From Amoebophilaceae bacterium UBA1467 (GTDB lineage Bacteria; Bacteroidota; Bacteroidia; Cytophagales; Amoebophilaceae), in assembly GCA_002325615.1 (NCBI GenBank), contig DCSL01000020.1, positions 1,585 to 27,825 on the forward strand: a stretch of DNA of 26,241 bases, written 5' to 3'. The translations under genes were made by a program, and so were the position numbers. Shown here piece after piece: positions 15,535 through 24,323 of the stretch. Below the pieces are notes generated by a model. That model was not told the origin of the DNA. It made no database searches and worked only from the letters and a program-made list of their open reading frames with translations. Every line of letters starts with the position of its first letter. Position 1 is the stretch's first letter.

Positions 15535-16221
15535 TTATTGCTGATGCCTCGCGTTGATCGCCTTGAGGCGTGCTGTGTGTTTGAGGGCTTCTCCATACTG
15601 TATGGCATCTGGAAATTCCTGAACAATGCGTTGATAGCAACCTAATGCTGCTTTGCAATCTGTGTTGGCCTCATAGGCCAGTGCGGCTTTGGCCAGATAG
15701 ATGGGCGTAAATACCTTGTTAGGTCGGTAGTTCGCAGCTTTTGTATAGTATTGAACAGCTTTTTCGTATACTTTTTGTGTTGTGAGTGCATCGCCTATAA
15801 GTGCCCAGGCTCGAGCTTGGAGAAGCAAGTCTTTAGCCTTGAACTTAGTAAGATGTTGTATAGCCTTAGCATAGTCTTTCTGGTGCATATAACTTACACC
15901 AACATAAAAATGAGCGAGGTTAGCAGCTTGTGTAAAGCGATACTCTTTGGTAATATCTAGCAAGCCTGCGCACGTTCCGTCGCCATGCAGCGCCTTGTCA
16001 AACGCTTCTTGTTCGAAGTAGTAGACAGCCTGAAACATCTCGCTTTGAGCTATGTCGTTTTGTTGGCGTTGGTAATACTTAAAAAAGAAAACTCCACCGG
16101 TGCCCATGAGCATCAGTAGGCCTACTATGTATAATCGCCGTTGGTGTCTTTTTATGCGCGTTGCCATTTGCTGGATACCATCAGTAGCTGTTGAAAGTGG
16201 TTTGAAGGGTTTTTGAGTCAT
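15535..16221 (-). CDS. Membrane-anchored tetratricopeptide repeat protein (YfgM-like, conserved in Bacteroidota)
   Basis: One N-terminal TM helix; AQSEMFQAVYYFEQ..FDKALHGDG, ANLAHFYVGVSY and further TPR-like helices. Confidence 0.85.
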   Translation of the reverse strand: MTQKPFKPLSTATDGIQQMATRIKRHQRRLYIVGLLMLMGTGGVFFFKYYQRQQNDIAQSEMFQAVYYFEQEAFDKALHGDGTCAGLLDITKEYRFTQAANLAHFYVGVSYMHQKDYAKAIQHLTKFKAKDLLLQARAWALIGDALTTQKVYEKAVQYYTKAANYRPNKVFTPIYLAKAALAYEANTDCKAALGCYQRIVQEFPDAIQYGEALKHTARLKAINARHQQ

Positions 16222-16246
16222 AATAGTTGAAGGACTAGCGCAGTGG

Positions 16247-17293
16247 TCAACTTTTCAGGAATGGATAGTCTTTTTGGGCATATACATCTTCGTAAGTTGC
16301 TGATGGCTGGGGAAACGCGGCGGCATCGGCAAAGGCCACAGCATCGGCAACCTGTTGTTTTACTCGTTGATCAATCAACCCCAAGTCCTTTTCGTCGGCC
16401 ATCTGCTTTGCTAAGATAGCAGTGCGTACCCTTTCAATAGGACCTTGTTGCTTGTAGGCCTCCACTTCTTCTTTGGTACGGTACTTGGCTGGGTCAGAGA
16501 TAGAGTGCCCTTTGTAACGGTAGGTCTTGAGTTCTAATAAACTGGGTAAGCCTTTTCTGGCCTTTTGAGCAGCTTTAGCCACGGCACGGTGCACTGCGGT
16601 TACATCCATCCCGTCTACAGATTCAGAAGGCATATCATAGGCAGTACCCAGTTTGTAAAGTTCTGTGACGTTGGAACTCCGTTGTAAAGAAGTACCCATG
16701 GAATAGCCATTGTTTTCAATAGCAAAAATAACCGGCAGTTGATAGAGCATGGCCAAGTTCAACGCTTCGTGAAAAGCTCCTTGGCGCACGGCGCCATCAC
16801 CCATAAAGGTGATGCACAGGTTGGTTGTCTTCTTGTATTTCTCTGCAAAAGCAATGCCCACGCCCAGGGGAATTTGTCCACCTACAATACCATGGCCGCC
16901 AAATAGATGGCGCTCCTTATCAAACATGTGCATAGAACCGCCTTTTCCTTTGGAGATGCCGGTAGCTTTGGCAAATAGCTCTGCCATGATGTACTGCGGA
17001 GGCGTGCCCAGCGCAATAGGGTGAGCATGATCGCGGTAGGCAGTAATGTACTTATCTTCTTTTTCCAGGGCAGTGACCGCGCCGGCAATGCAGGCCTCTT
17101 GTCCATTGTACAAGTGACAAAAACCTTTGATTTTCTGTTGCCCATAAAGCTGGCTGGCTTTTTCCTCGAATTTCCGCATGAGCAGCATCCGTTCGTACCA
17201 GAACAGATAAGTCTCTTTTGAAAAGTCTTCTAACAACTTTACTTTCGGCTTAGCGAGCGGCCTCACAGCAGTAGGGTCTGTTACGATCTCCAT
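16247..17293 (-). CDS. pdhA: Pyruvate dehydrogenase E1 component alpha subunit
   Basis: KIKGFCHLYNGQEA, YRDHAH, KGKGGSMH, TPP-binding GDGAVRQG...ENN, TYRYKGHSISDP. Start placed at ATG 17293 (ORF track extends to TTG 17341). Confidence 0.96.
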   Translation of the reverse strand: MEIVTDPTAVRPLAKPKVKLLEDFSKETYLFWYERMLLMRKFEEKASQLYGQQKIKGFCHLYNGQEACIAGAVTALEKEDKYITAYRDHAHPIALGTPPQYIMAELFAKATGISKGKGGSMHMFDKERHLFGGHGIVGGQIPLGVGIAFAEKYKKTTNLCITFMGDGAVRQGAFHEALNLAMLYQLPVIFAIENNGYSMGTSLQRSSNVTELYKLGTAYDMPSESVDGMDVTAVHRAVAKAAQKARKGLPSLLELKTYRYKGHSISDPAKYRTKEEVEAYKQQGPIERVRTAILAKQMADEKDLGLIDQRVKQQVADAVAFADAAAFPQPSATYEDVYAQKDYPFLKS

Positions 17294-17355
17294 ACGATCT
17301 ATATAATGGCAATAGACAGGTGCGAAGCTAACCAAAAACATCCAAAAAGGAACTG

Positions 17356-18477
17356 ATGCTGCTTACAAAACTGCGGTGCGCACACTTCAAAAACCACACC
17401 GCCGTTGAGCTGACTTTTGCAGACCAACTCAACTTTATCGTAGGCCCTAATGGAGCAGGGAAGACCACGCTTTTGGATAGTATCCACTACCTTTCTTTGA
17501 CCAAAAGTGCCTTTAATCCCATAGACACCCAGAACATCCAGCATGGCCATGAGGCTTTTGCTGTGGAGGGGAATTTTGTCAAGCATAACAGGCCTTGTAC
17601 TGTACAATGCATCTTTCGGAAGAATGGCGGCAAGTATTTCAAAAGCAATGACAAGCCTTACGAAAAGCTGCGTGACCACATTGGGCTTTTTCCGGTTGTG
17701 TTGACAACACCGTATGATATGGACCTGGTCTGTGGGGGGAGAGAGGGCAGAAGAAAGTTTTTTGATATGCTCCTTTGTCAGTTAGACAGGACCTACTTGA
17801 ACACCCTCCTACAATACCAACACCTATTGAAACAACGCAATAGCCTGTTGCGACTGTGCCAAGGAACAGGACAACTGGACCAGGATTTGCTGGCTTCTTA
17901 TGAGCATCGGCTGCTGCCATTGGGCAAGCACCTGTTTATGGCCCGCAGAGCTTTTATCCAAGAATTTGCACCGAATTTTCAAAAGTACTACCAGTACTTT
18001 GTGGCTGCCTCCGAAGAGGTACAATTGATCTATGTTTCAGAAGTAGCGTCTCCTGACTTTGAACAAAAGTTCCGCAATAGCTTACAGCAAGACCTGTCCC
18101 TGCAACGTACTACCCAGGGCGTCCATCGAGATGAAGTACATTTTCTCCTGAATGGCCATCCCCTGAAAAAGATAGGCTCCCAAGGACAGCAAAAATCGTT
18201 TATCATTGCGTTGCGACTGGCGCAATTTGAGTGCATGCACAAAGCCCTGCAGCTAAAACCGCTACTGCTCTTGGACGATATCTTTGACAAGATAGATGAG
18301 CAACGCATTGATCGGTTGGTCCAACTTATAGTCCAGCAGCACTTTGGCCAGGTATTCATTACAGATGCCAAGGGAAAAAGTAGTGCTGCCATCATGCAGC
18401 AGGTCAAGGCCGACCGAGCCCTGATCAAAATGGATCAAGGCAGGCACCTAGCAGAGGGAATAGGTTATGAATTGTGA
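17356..18477 (+). CDS. recF: DNA replication/repair protein RecF
   Basis: Walker A GPNGAGKTT, RRKFFDMLLCQ, GVHRD, signature GSQGQQKS, Walker B LLLDDIFDK. Confidence 0.96.
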   Translation: MLLTKLRCAHFKNHTAVELTFADQLNFIVGPNGAGKTTLLDSIHYLSLTKSAFNPIDTQNIQHGHEAFAVEGNFVKHNRPCTVQCIFRKNGGKYFKSNDKPYEKLRDHIGLFPVVLTTPYDMDLVCGGREGRRKFFDMLLCQLDRTYLNTLLQYQHLLKQRNSLLRLCQGTGQLDQDLLASYEHRLLPLGKHLFMARRAFIQEFAPNFQKYYQYFVAASEEVQLIYVSEVASPDFEQKFRNSLQQDLSLQRTTQGVHRDEVHFLLNGHPLKKIGSQGQQKSFIIALRLAQFECMHKALQLKPLLLLDDIFDKIDEQRIDRLVQLIVQQHFGQVFITDAKGKSSAAIMQQVKADRALIKMDQGRHLAEGIGYEL

Positions 18478-18601
18478 AGGATAGGTGGCATATTTGGGGC
18501 TTTATGCCCTTGGAAGCTTTACGCTGCTGCGGCGCAAGGTTTTACTTTTATTAATCTAGTAACTAATAACGGTGTATTGCAGCCGTAAAAAATATTTCGC
18601 C

Positions 18602-18889
18602 GTGAAGATCAACAAGCCTTTGCTGCAAAAGATGGCCCACTTGGCCCAGCTTGAGGTAGATGTGCACAATGAAGAAACTCTACTCGAAGACTTGAACAAA
18701 ATTGTTACCTGGATTGAAAAGTTGAAGGAATTAGACACAACTGGCGTCAATCCACTTGTCACCATGACGTTGGAGCACAATATCTTCCAAGAGGACATCC
18801 CCCAGGCATCCTTGGCGCACGAAAAAGGACTGGCTAATGCGCCTAGCAAAGACTCTAACTATTTCAGAGTGCCCCAAGTCAAAGAATAA
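18602..18889 (+). CDS. gatC: Asp-tRNA(Asn)/Glu-tRNA(Gln) amidotransferase subunit C
   Basis: MAHLAQLE, IVTWIEKLKELDTTGVNPL, LANAP..DSNYFRVPQV. Start placed at GTG 18602 (ORF track starts at 18572). Confidence 0.92.
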   Translation: MKINKPLLQKMAHLAQLEVDVHNEETLLEDLNKIVTWIEKLKELDTTGVNPLVTMTLEHNIFQEDIPQASLAHEKGLANAPSKDSNYFRVPQVKE

Positions 18890-18915
18890 CCTCCACCACG
18901 AGCAACCATGACCGT

Positions 18916-19974
18916 ATGAAGCCACGTTCGGAAACAGCATTTAGAAAGCTGAATATCAACAGAATATGGCTCCCTGTGCTACTAGGCATCGGTGTTGTCG
19001 TTTATCTATTTGCCAGTGATGATAATTTCAGTTTAGCCGATCTCAGCCTTATTGGCCAAGCCGACTGGCGTTACATGCTTTTGACGTTGTTGGCGGTCGT
19101 GGTGCGGGATTTAGGCTACATATATCGAATCAGAGTATTGACAAAGGCCGATCTGAGCTGGCTGAGTAGTTTTTACATCATTGTACTTTGGGAGTTCTCC
19201 TCGGCCGTTACCCCTTTTGCGGTGGGAGGAGGCGTGGTGGCTATTTTCTTACTACTCAAGGAAGGCATCAATTTAGGTAGGTCACTAGCCTATGTGATCA
19301 TCACCTCTATTTTTGACAACCTGTTTTTTATTGGGGTGACTTCGCTAGGTCTTTTTGGGGTCTATGATTCCATATTTGCAGATATATCTGTCTTGAAAAG
19401 CAAGCTCAGCGGAAGTCTCAAATTTATATTCTGGTCCAGTCATGCTGCGGTATCCGCTTACACACTCATTATGCTTTTGGCCATATTTGTGCGGCCCAAG
19501 TTCTTCAGGTGGGCCTTATTAAAAATCACTAGTATTGGCTTTCTGAAACGATGGCAACAGGCTGCCCGTAGACATGGCGACGACCTTGTCCTAGCATCAG
19601 AGACCTTACAAGGTGAGGCATTTTCTTACTGGCTAAAGGTGTGGGGAACCACTTTAGTGACTTGGGCGGCACGCTATTTGATTGTCAATCTGATCATTGC
19701 TGCTTATGTGCATCTGAACTTTGTAGACCACCTCGTTATCTTAGGTAAACAAGTCATCCTGTGGACCATCATGTTGGTTTCTCCTACACCGGGCAGTAGT
19801 GTTACCGCAGAATTCTTTTATAAGCAGCTCCATAAAGCTGTTTTAGGGGAGTATACCCTGATTACCGGTGTGCTTTGGCGAGTGCTTACTTATTACTTCT
19901 ACCTTGCTCTTGGTGTTGTTTACCTGCCCCGTTGGATCAAGCGGGTGTTTCCTGCCAGAGGAGTAAGTGAGTAA
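18916..19974 (+). CDS. Lysylphosphatidylglycerol synthase TM / flippase-like domain protein (UPF0104/YbhN family)
   Basis: Multi-TM; RDLGYIYRIRVLT, WEFSSAVTPFAVGGG, SPTPGSS.TAE, LWRVLTYYFYL. Confidence 0.85.
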   Translation: MKPRSETAFRKLNINRIWLPVLLGIGVVVYLFASDDNFSLADLSLIGQADWRYMLLTLLAVVVRDLGYIYRIRVLTKADLSWLSSFYIIVLWEFSSAVTPFAVGGGVVAIFLLLKEGINLGRSLAYVIITSIFDNLFFIGVTSLGLFGVYDSIFADISVLKSKLSGSLKFIFWSSHAAVSAYTLIMLLAIFVRPKFFRWALLKITSIGFLKRWQQAARRHGDDLVLASETLQGEAFSYWLKVWGTTLVTWAARYLIVNLIIAAYVHLNFVDHLVILGKQVILWTIMLVSPTPGSSVTAEFFYKQLHKAVLGEYTLITGVLWRVLTYYFYLALGVVYLPRWIKRVFPARGVSE

Positions 19975-20013
19975 TCAATACTTCTTGTTTTTATAAGGGT
20001 AGATTAAGCTTGC

Positions 20014-20430
20014 TCATACATTGATTTCAGGGAAGAAGAACTTGGCTTCTATGGCAGCCGTTTCGTCTGTATCAGAACCATGTACTGCATTGGCTTCGAT
20101 AGATTTGCCGAATCTTTCTCGGAGGGTGCCTGCTACGGCTTGGGCCGGGTCTGTGGCGCCAATGAGTTCTCTAAAGTCAGCGACAGCATTTTCTTTTTCC
20201 AATACCATAGCTACTACAGGCCCTGTAGACATGGCTTGGCACATCTGCTCATAAAAAGGACGGTCTTTGTGTACTTGGTAGAATAGCCCTGCAATCTTTG
20301 GGGTGAGGTGGACAAGCTTCATAGCTCGGACGCTAAACCCGGCTTGTTCTATCATGTTAATAATGGCCCCAATGTGGTTGTCTTTTACTGCATCGGGTTT
20401 GATCATGGAAAAAGTTACTGTTCCTGTCAT
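20014..20430 (-). CDS. ndk: Nucleoside diphosphate kinase
   Basis: TFSMIKPDAV, HKDRPFY, GPVVAMVLE, IGATDP, catalytic NAVHGSD. Confidence 0.97.
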   Translation of the reverse strand: MTGTVTFSMIKPDAVKDNHIGAIINMIEQAGFSVRAMKLVHLTPKIAGLFYQVHKDRPFYEQMCQAMSTGPVVAMVLEKENAVADFRELIGATDPAQAVAGTLRERFGKSIEANAVHGSDTDETAAIEAKFFFPEINV

Positions 20431-20486
20431 TGCTTGTTAGTTGAGTATAGATTTAAAAGTAAGATAAAAATTGGCCAATCACAGGC

Positions 20487-21494
20487 TCAAAACTGCTTCA
20501 GAAAGCTAAGGTCATTTTCTGTAAACAAGCGCAAGTCATTGATCTGGTACTGCAGCATGGCAATGCGCTCAATGCCCATGCCAAAAGCGAAGCCTGTATA
20601 CACTTCTGGATCAATGTTGCAGTTGGTCAATACTTGAGGATCTACCATGCCTGCGCCCATGATCTCTACCCAGCCTGTATACTTACAAATATTGCAGCCC
20701 TTTCCCTTACAAAGCCTACAGTCGATATCCAGTTCTGCACTAGGCTCTGTGAAAGGAAAATAGGATGGCCTAAAACGTAGCTTGGTATGGTTGCCAAACA
20801 GCTCTTTTACAAAGTAAAGGAGGGTTTCTTTGAGCTCGGAAAAGCTCACACCTCGGTTGATGTAAAGTCCTTCTATCTGATGGAAAATACAGTGAGCACG
20901 CGCCGAAATAGCTTCATTCCTGTAAACTCTTCCTGGCGCAATGGTCCGTATAGGCAATGGCTGACCCTCCATCACCCGAACCTGTACTGAAGAAGTATGC
21001 GTTCTCAAAGAGCGGTGAGCAGCAACAAAAAAAGTATCCTGCATGTCCCGCGCTGGGTGGTTATCAGGAAAATTGAGGGCTGTGAAGTTATGCCAGTCAT
21101 CTTCAATCTCTGGTCCTTCAGAAATATTAAAGCCTATTTTTTCGAATAGTACTATAATGTCGTTGCCAATGCTTGTTAGGGGGTGTAAGCTACCTAACGT
21201 ACCGGCAGGCGGTGGTAGCGTTAGGTCTTCTGCTGGCTGTTCTGTTGTCTGACTTGCTCTATTTACCTGTTCAATGAGCAGCTCAAATTTCTCTTGGGCA
21301 GTTCTTTTAAGCTTGTTAAGCACTAGGCCCAATTCTTTTTTTTCGCCTGGTCCAACCTTTTTCAATTCAAAGAAAAGCATTGCAATAATGCCCTTTTTGG
21401 CAATAAACTTCTGGCGAAATGCTTCTAGCGTTGCTTGGTTGTTGGCTTGGAAGTGCTCAATCTCGGCATGTAGTGTTTTGATTTTCTCAAGCAT
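20487..21494 (-). CDS. pheS: Phenylalanine--tRNA ligase alpha subunit
   Basis: [71 protein letters not shown]. Confidence 0.98.
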   Translation of the reverse strand: MLEKIKTLHAEIEHFQANNQATLEAFRQKFIAKKGIIAMLFFELKKVGPGEKKELGLVLNKLKRTAQEKFELLIEQVNRASQTTEQPAEDLTLPPPAGTLGSLHPLTSIGNDIIVLFEKIGFNISEGPEIEDDWHNFTALNFPDNHPARDMQDTFFVAAHRSLRTHTSSVQVRVMEGQPLPIRTIAPGRVYRNEAISARAHCIFHQIEGLYINRGVSFSELKETLLYFVKELFGNHTKLRFRPSYFPFTEPSAELDIDCRLCKGKGCNICKYTGWVEIMGAGMVDPQVLTNCNIDPEVYTGFAFGMGIERIAMLQYQINDLRLFTENDLSFLKQF

Positions 21495-21557
21495 GTTGAA
21501 AGTCTATCATGACAGCATGAAATTAGGATGGTCCCCTGCCCTTATCATGCTTTTTTC

Positions 21558-21565
21558 CAAATTTA
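21558..21565 (-). promoter_or_regulatory. Bacteroidota -7 promoter box (TAAATTTG) upstream of pheS
   Basis: Exact TAnnTTTG match about 65 nt upstream of the pheS ATG. No clear -33 element. Confidence 0.3.
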
Positions 21566-21666
21566 ATCACCAGCATCTATACTATAGCGTTGATGAATAA
21601 TCTTTTCCTTGTTGTCACACGGATGATTTTATACATTGTGCTCTGGGCCATGTTTGCATAAGTAGT

Positions 21667-21996
21667 ATGAAAGGCGTGTACGCTAAGCTAGGAGTTAATC
21701 GGGTGATTGGATCCTTTCTTTTACCAGCTATGTTAGTCGGGTGCCTTGCTATACCCGCTGATAAGCCCAATAATGCTAGGTCCGAGCAAGCAAGCTGGTT
21801 GTTGATGCAGGATCGTGCTCACAAGCAAAAGCTATATTTACACGAGCGACGAGTATCTCTGGAAAATAGGCTAGAGCGTGTTCATGCTGAACTGCATGAG
21901 GAACTGAAAAAGGAAAATCCGGATGGGGCCAAGCTCCGGAAGCTACGAAAAACTATAGCAAAGCTGAAAGAATGGATAAGTGAGTACAAAAGATGA
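21667..21996 (+). CDS. Hypothetical small lipoprotein with coiled coil
   Basis: 109 aa. Basic N-terminus, hydrophobic stretch, lipobox-like LVGC (Cys26), then a charged heptad-like helix. No family recognised. Confidence 0.55.
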   Translation: MKGVYAKLGVNRVIGSFLLPAMLVGCLAIPADKPNNARSEQASWLLMQDRAHKQKLYLHERRVSLENRLERVHAELHEELKKENPDGAKLRKLRKTIAKLKEWISEYKR

Positions 21997-22295
21997 GATA
22001 AAAAAATAGGTGAAGGTGTTACCTAGCGGAAGTTATTAAGAACTCAGTTGAGGAGGGAAAGTATGTTATTAGAGAATTTTCTAATAGTTTTATTTTGTGA
22101 AAGCCTTTAGCAAGGGATCGCCACAGGGAGAGAGAGTATAACTTTGAGAGAAAAGCTGTCATTGGGTATAATATTGGTAAGGTAAGGCGGCAAGCAACGT
22201 AAGAAGGTCGCTCTGATTACGTCCACACCGCTGCTTTCTAAAATCTGCACATATACGATTAACATGTTAACCTAAGTGTTTCAGCTGTTCGACTA

Positions 22296-22820
22296 ATGAA
22301 AAATAAACATTGCTTTTGGGCATACTTTTTTTTCGGGATAGCCTTCGGGTTTACCCCTGAGAAAGATCGAGCCTATGGCATTCCCACCCTAGAGTCCTCT
22401 CATATTGAGCTCCTCTGCAGCGAACACGGGGTTGTCAAGTATAGATTATTTACTGACAAGGCGTTGCACTATGAAAATGGTGATAGGACCTATCCTGAAG
22501 GAATTCATATAGAGTTTTATGAATCCAACAAAGAGGTGTCAGCGACAGGAAGAGCTAATAGCGGTTATTTTTTTGCCGAAAAAAATGTTTATGCATTCAG
22601 AGGTGATGTAGAACTCAAGAGCTTGCGTGATACAAGACAACTGAATACAGAGGAGTTACATTGGAGTCCTGAGACTGAGACATTTTACACGGATAAGTTC
22701 ATCAGAATAGAAACTGAAGAAGAGCTGCTCACGGGTGCAGGCTTAATAGCTAAGCAAGACCTTAGCTATTATAATATCTCAAAGCCTCAAGGCCTGTTAA
22801 ATGTAAAATCGATCAAGTAA
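22296..22820 (+). CDS. lptC: LPS export ABC transporter periplasmic protein LptC (Bacteroidota type)
   Basis: N-terminal hydrophobic anchor; YPEGIHIEFY, RANSGYF, FRGDVEL, LNTEELHW, YTDKFIRI, LTGAGL..QDLSYY motifs typical of Bacteroidota LptC. Upstream of a hemolysin-family gene. Confidence 0.85.
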   Translation: MKNKHCFWAYFFFGIAFGFTPEKDRAYGIPTLESSHIELLCSEHGVVKYRLFTDKALHYENGDRTYPEGIHIEFYESNKEVSATGRANSGYFFAEKNVYAFRGDVELKSLRDTRQLNTEELHWSPETETFYTDKFIRIETEEELLTGAGLIAKQDLSYYNISKPQGLLNVKSIK

Positions 22821-22977
22821 CCTGCTAGACCACTTGCGCTTCATCATGAGTTTTTGCTGCAATACAAACGGTAAAAGAGGAGCTTCGCGACCGTTGGTAG
22901 CTCTTTTATACCTGGAGCCTTCTAGCAAGATATCCAGCAAAAATATAGCCCTTAAACTCTCCCAGTAGGGTGAAAAT

Positions 22978-24261
22978 ATGGTAGAGCCATACCAGATCAT
23001 TGTTATTGTTGGCGCACTTATTTTCTCTGCCTTTTTCTCAGGCATAGAAATTGCCTTTTTGGCTGCAGATAAACTAGGAATGAAGCTAGAGGGAGAGCAT
23101 AAGTCCTTTTCTGGCAGGATTTTGAATGGCTTCCTGAAACACCCTGACCGTTTTATCAGTACTACACTGATTGGGAATACCGTTGCACTGGTCATATACA
23201 GTACCTACATGGCCAAGGTCTTAGACCCTTTTTTGAACGATTATTTGCCTGTTGCCATCAATAACAATGCTACTTTGCTCACCCTGAAGACGCTACTATC
23301 CACCCTAGGCATATTGGTGGTAGCTGAGTTTATTCCCAAAAGTATTTTTCTATTTGGCCCCAACCGCCTACTCTCTTTCTTTGCGCTACCCACAGCAGCC
23401 ATCGCCTATGTGCTTCAACCACTGGTGGTAATCACCACTGCTATCGCTAAATTTTTTATCATCCATGTATTAGGGCAAAAATATCGAGAAGAACGGCCTT
23501 CTTTTGGCTTGACAGACCTACACAAGTTTATTCAAAGTACATTGAATATTAATGAGCAAGTGCCTGCAGGCGTAAGCGCCAGAATCGTAAGCAATCTAAT
23601 AGAGTTTAGGAAAGTGAAGGTGAGAGATTGTATGATTCCTAGAACAGAGATTGTGGCCGTAAGCATTGAAGATGGAATAGAGGGGCTCAAGGAGGCAGTC
23701 ATCAAAAGCAATCATCCCAAGATTCTGGTCTACAGACATGATATCGATGATATCATTGGCTATTGTCATGCTAAAGAATTATTTAAAAAACCCCAGCACA
23801 TTGAGACCATCCTTAGGCCTGTTGTCATTGTGTCAGCAACCAACCTGGCAAGTGAGGTGATGGTGCAGCTTACAACAGAAGGAAAAAGTTTAGCACTGGT
23901 CCTTGATGAGTTTGGAGGTACTTCGGGCATTGTCAGTATGGAAGACATCATTGAAGAAATTATTGGTGAAATACAAAATGAGCATGTTGTCACAGAGCTG
24001 GTAGAAAAAAAGCTAGACTGTGACGCTTATTTGCTGAGTGCAAGGCATGAGATTGATTATCTCAACGAAAAATATGGCTGGGATATGCCACAGGGAGATT
24101 ATGATACACTCGGTGGGCTTATTATTAATGTCACTGAAAGAATACCTGATCTCAACGAAACGGTAGAACTGTCTCCTTTTACCTTTACCATCGTTGCACT
24201 AGAAGATACACATATTGGGGCTGTGAAGGTGACCATTAACAACTCTGTGGGTGATTCATAA
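22978..24261 (+). CDS. Hemolysin-family / CNNM (DUF21 + CBS pair + CorC_HlyC) membrane protein
   Basis: FSAFFSGIEIAF, FISTTLIGNTVAL, AEFIPKS, VRDCMIPRTEI, LDEFGGTSGIVSMEDIIEEIIGEI, YDTLGGLI. Confidence 0.93.
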   Translation: MVEPYQIIVIVGALIFSAFFSGIEIAFLAADKLGMKLEGEHKSFSGRILNGFLKHPDRFISTTLIGNTVALVIYSTYMAKVLDPFLNDYLPVAINNNATLLTLKTLLSTLGILVVAEFIPKSIFLFGPNRLLSFFALPTAAIAYVLQPLVVITTAIAKFFIIHVLGQKYREERPSFGLTDLHKFIQSTLNINEQVPAGVSARIVSNLIEFRKVKVRDCMIPRTEIVAVSIEDGIEGLKEAVIKSNHPKILVYRHDIDDIIGYCHAKELFKKPQHIETILRPVVIVSATNLASEVMVQLTTEGKSLALVLDEFGGTSGIVSMEDIIEEIIGEIQNEHVVTELVEKKLDCDAYLLSARHEIDYLNEKYGWDMPQGDYDTLGGLIINVTERIPDLNETVELSPFTFTIVALEDTHIGAVKVTINNSVGDS

Positions 24262-24323
24262 ACTTATTTATTGGAACCAGACCTGCACTTATGCTTCAAT
24301 TTCCCCAATGAACGACTTCCCCA

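Noticed and set aside
15509-15600. glmS ribozyme upstream of glmS
   Set aside because: Only 26 bp separate glmS from the TPR gene, with no room or motif for the ribozyme.
16318-16351. GCATCGGCAA repeated twice
   Set aside because: It reflects the Ala/Asp-rich C-terminus of PdhA (VADAVAFADAA); not a repeat element.
22797-23195. 132-aa minus-strand ORF and the many other 60-190 aa antisense or nested ORFs (e.g. 4924..5379, 9230..9790, 18030..18428)
   Set aside because: They are shadows of well-supported genes on the opposite strand or frame, with no recognisable motifs.
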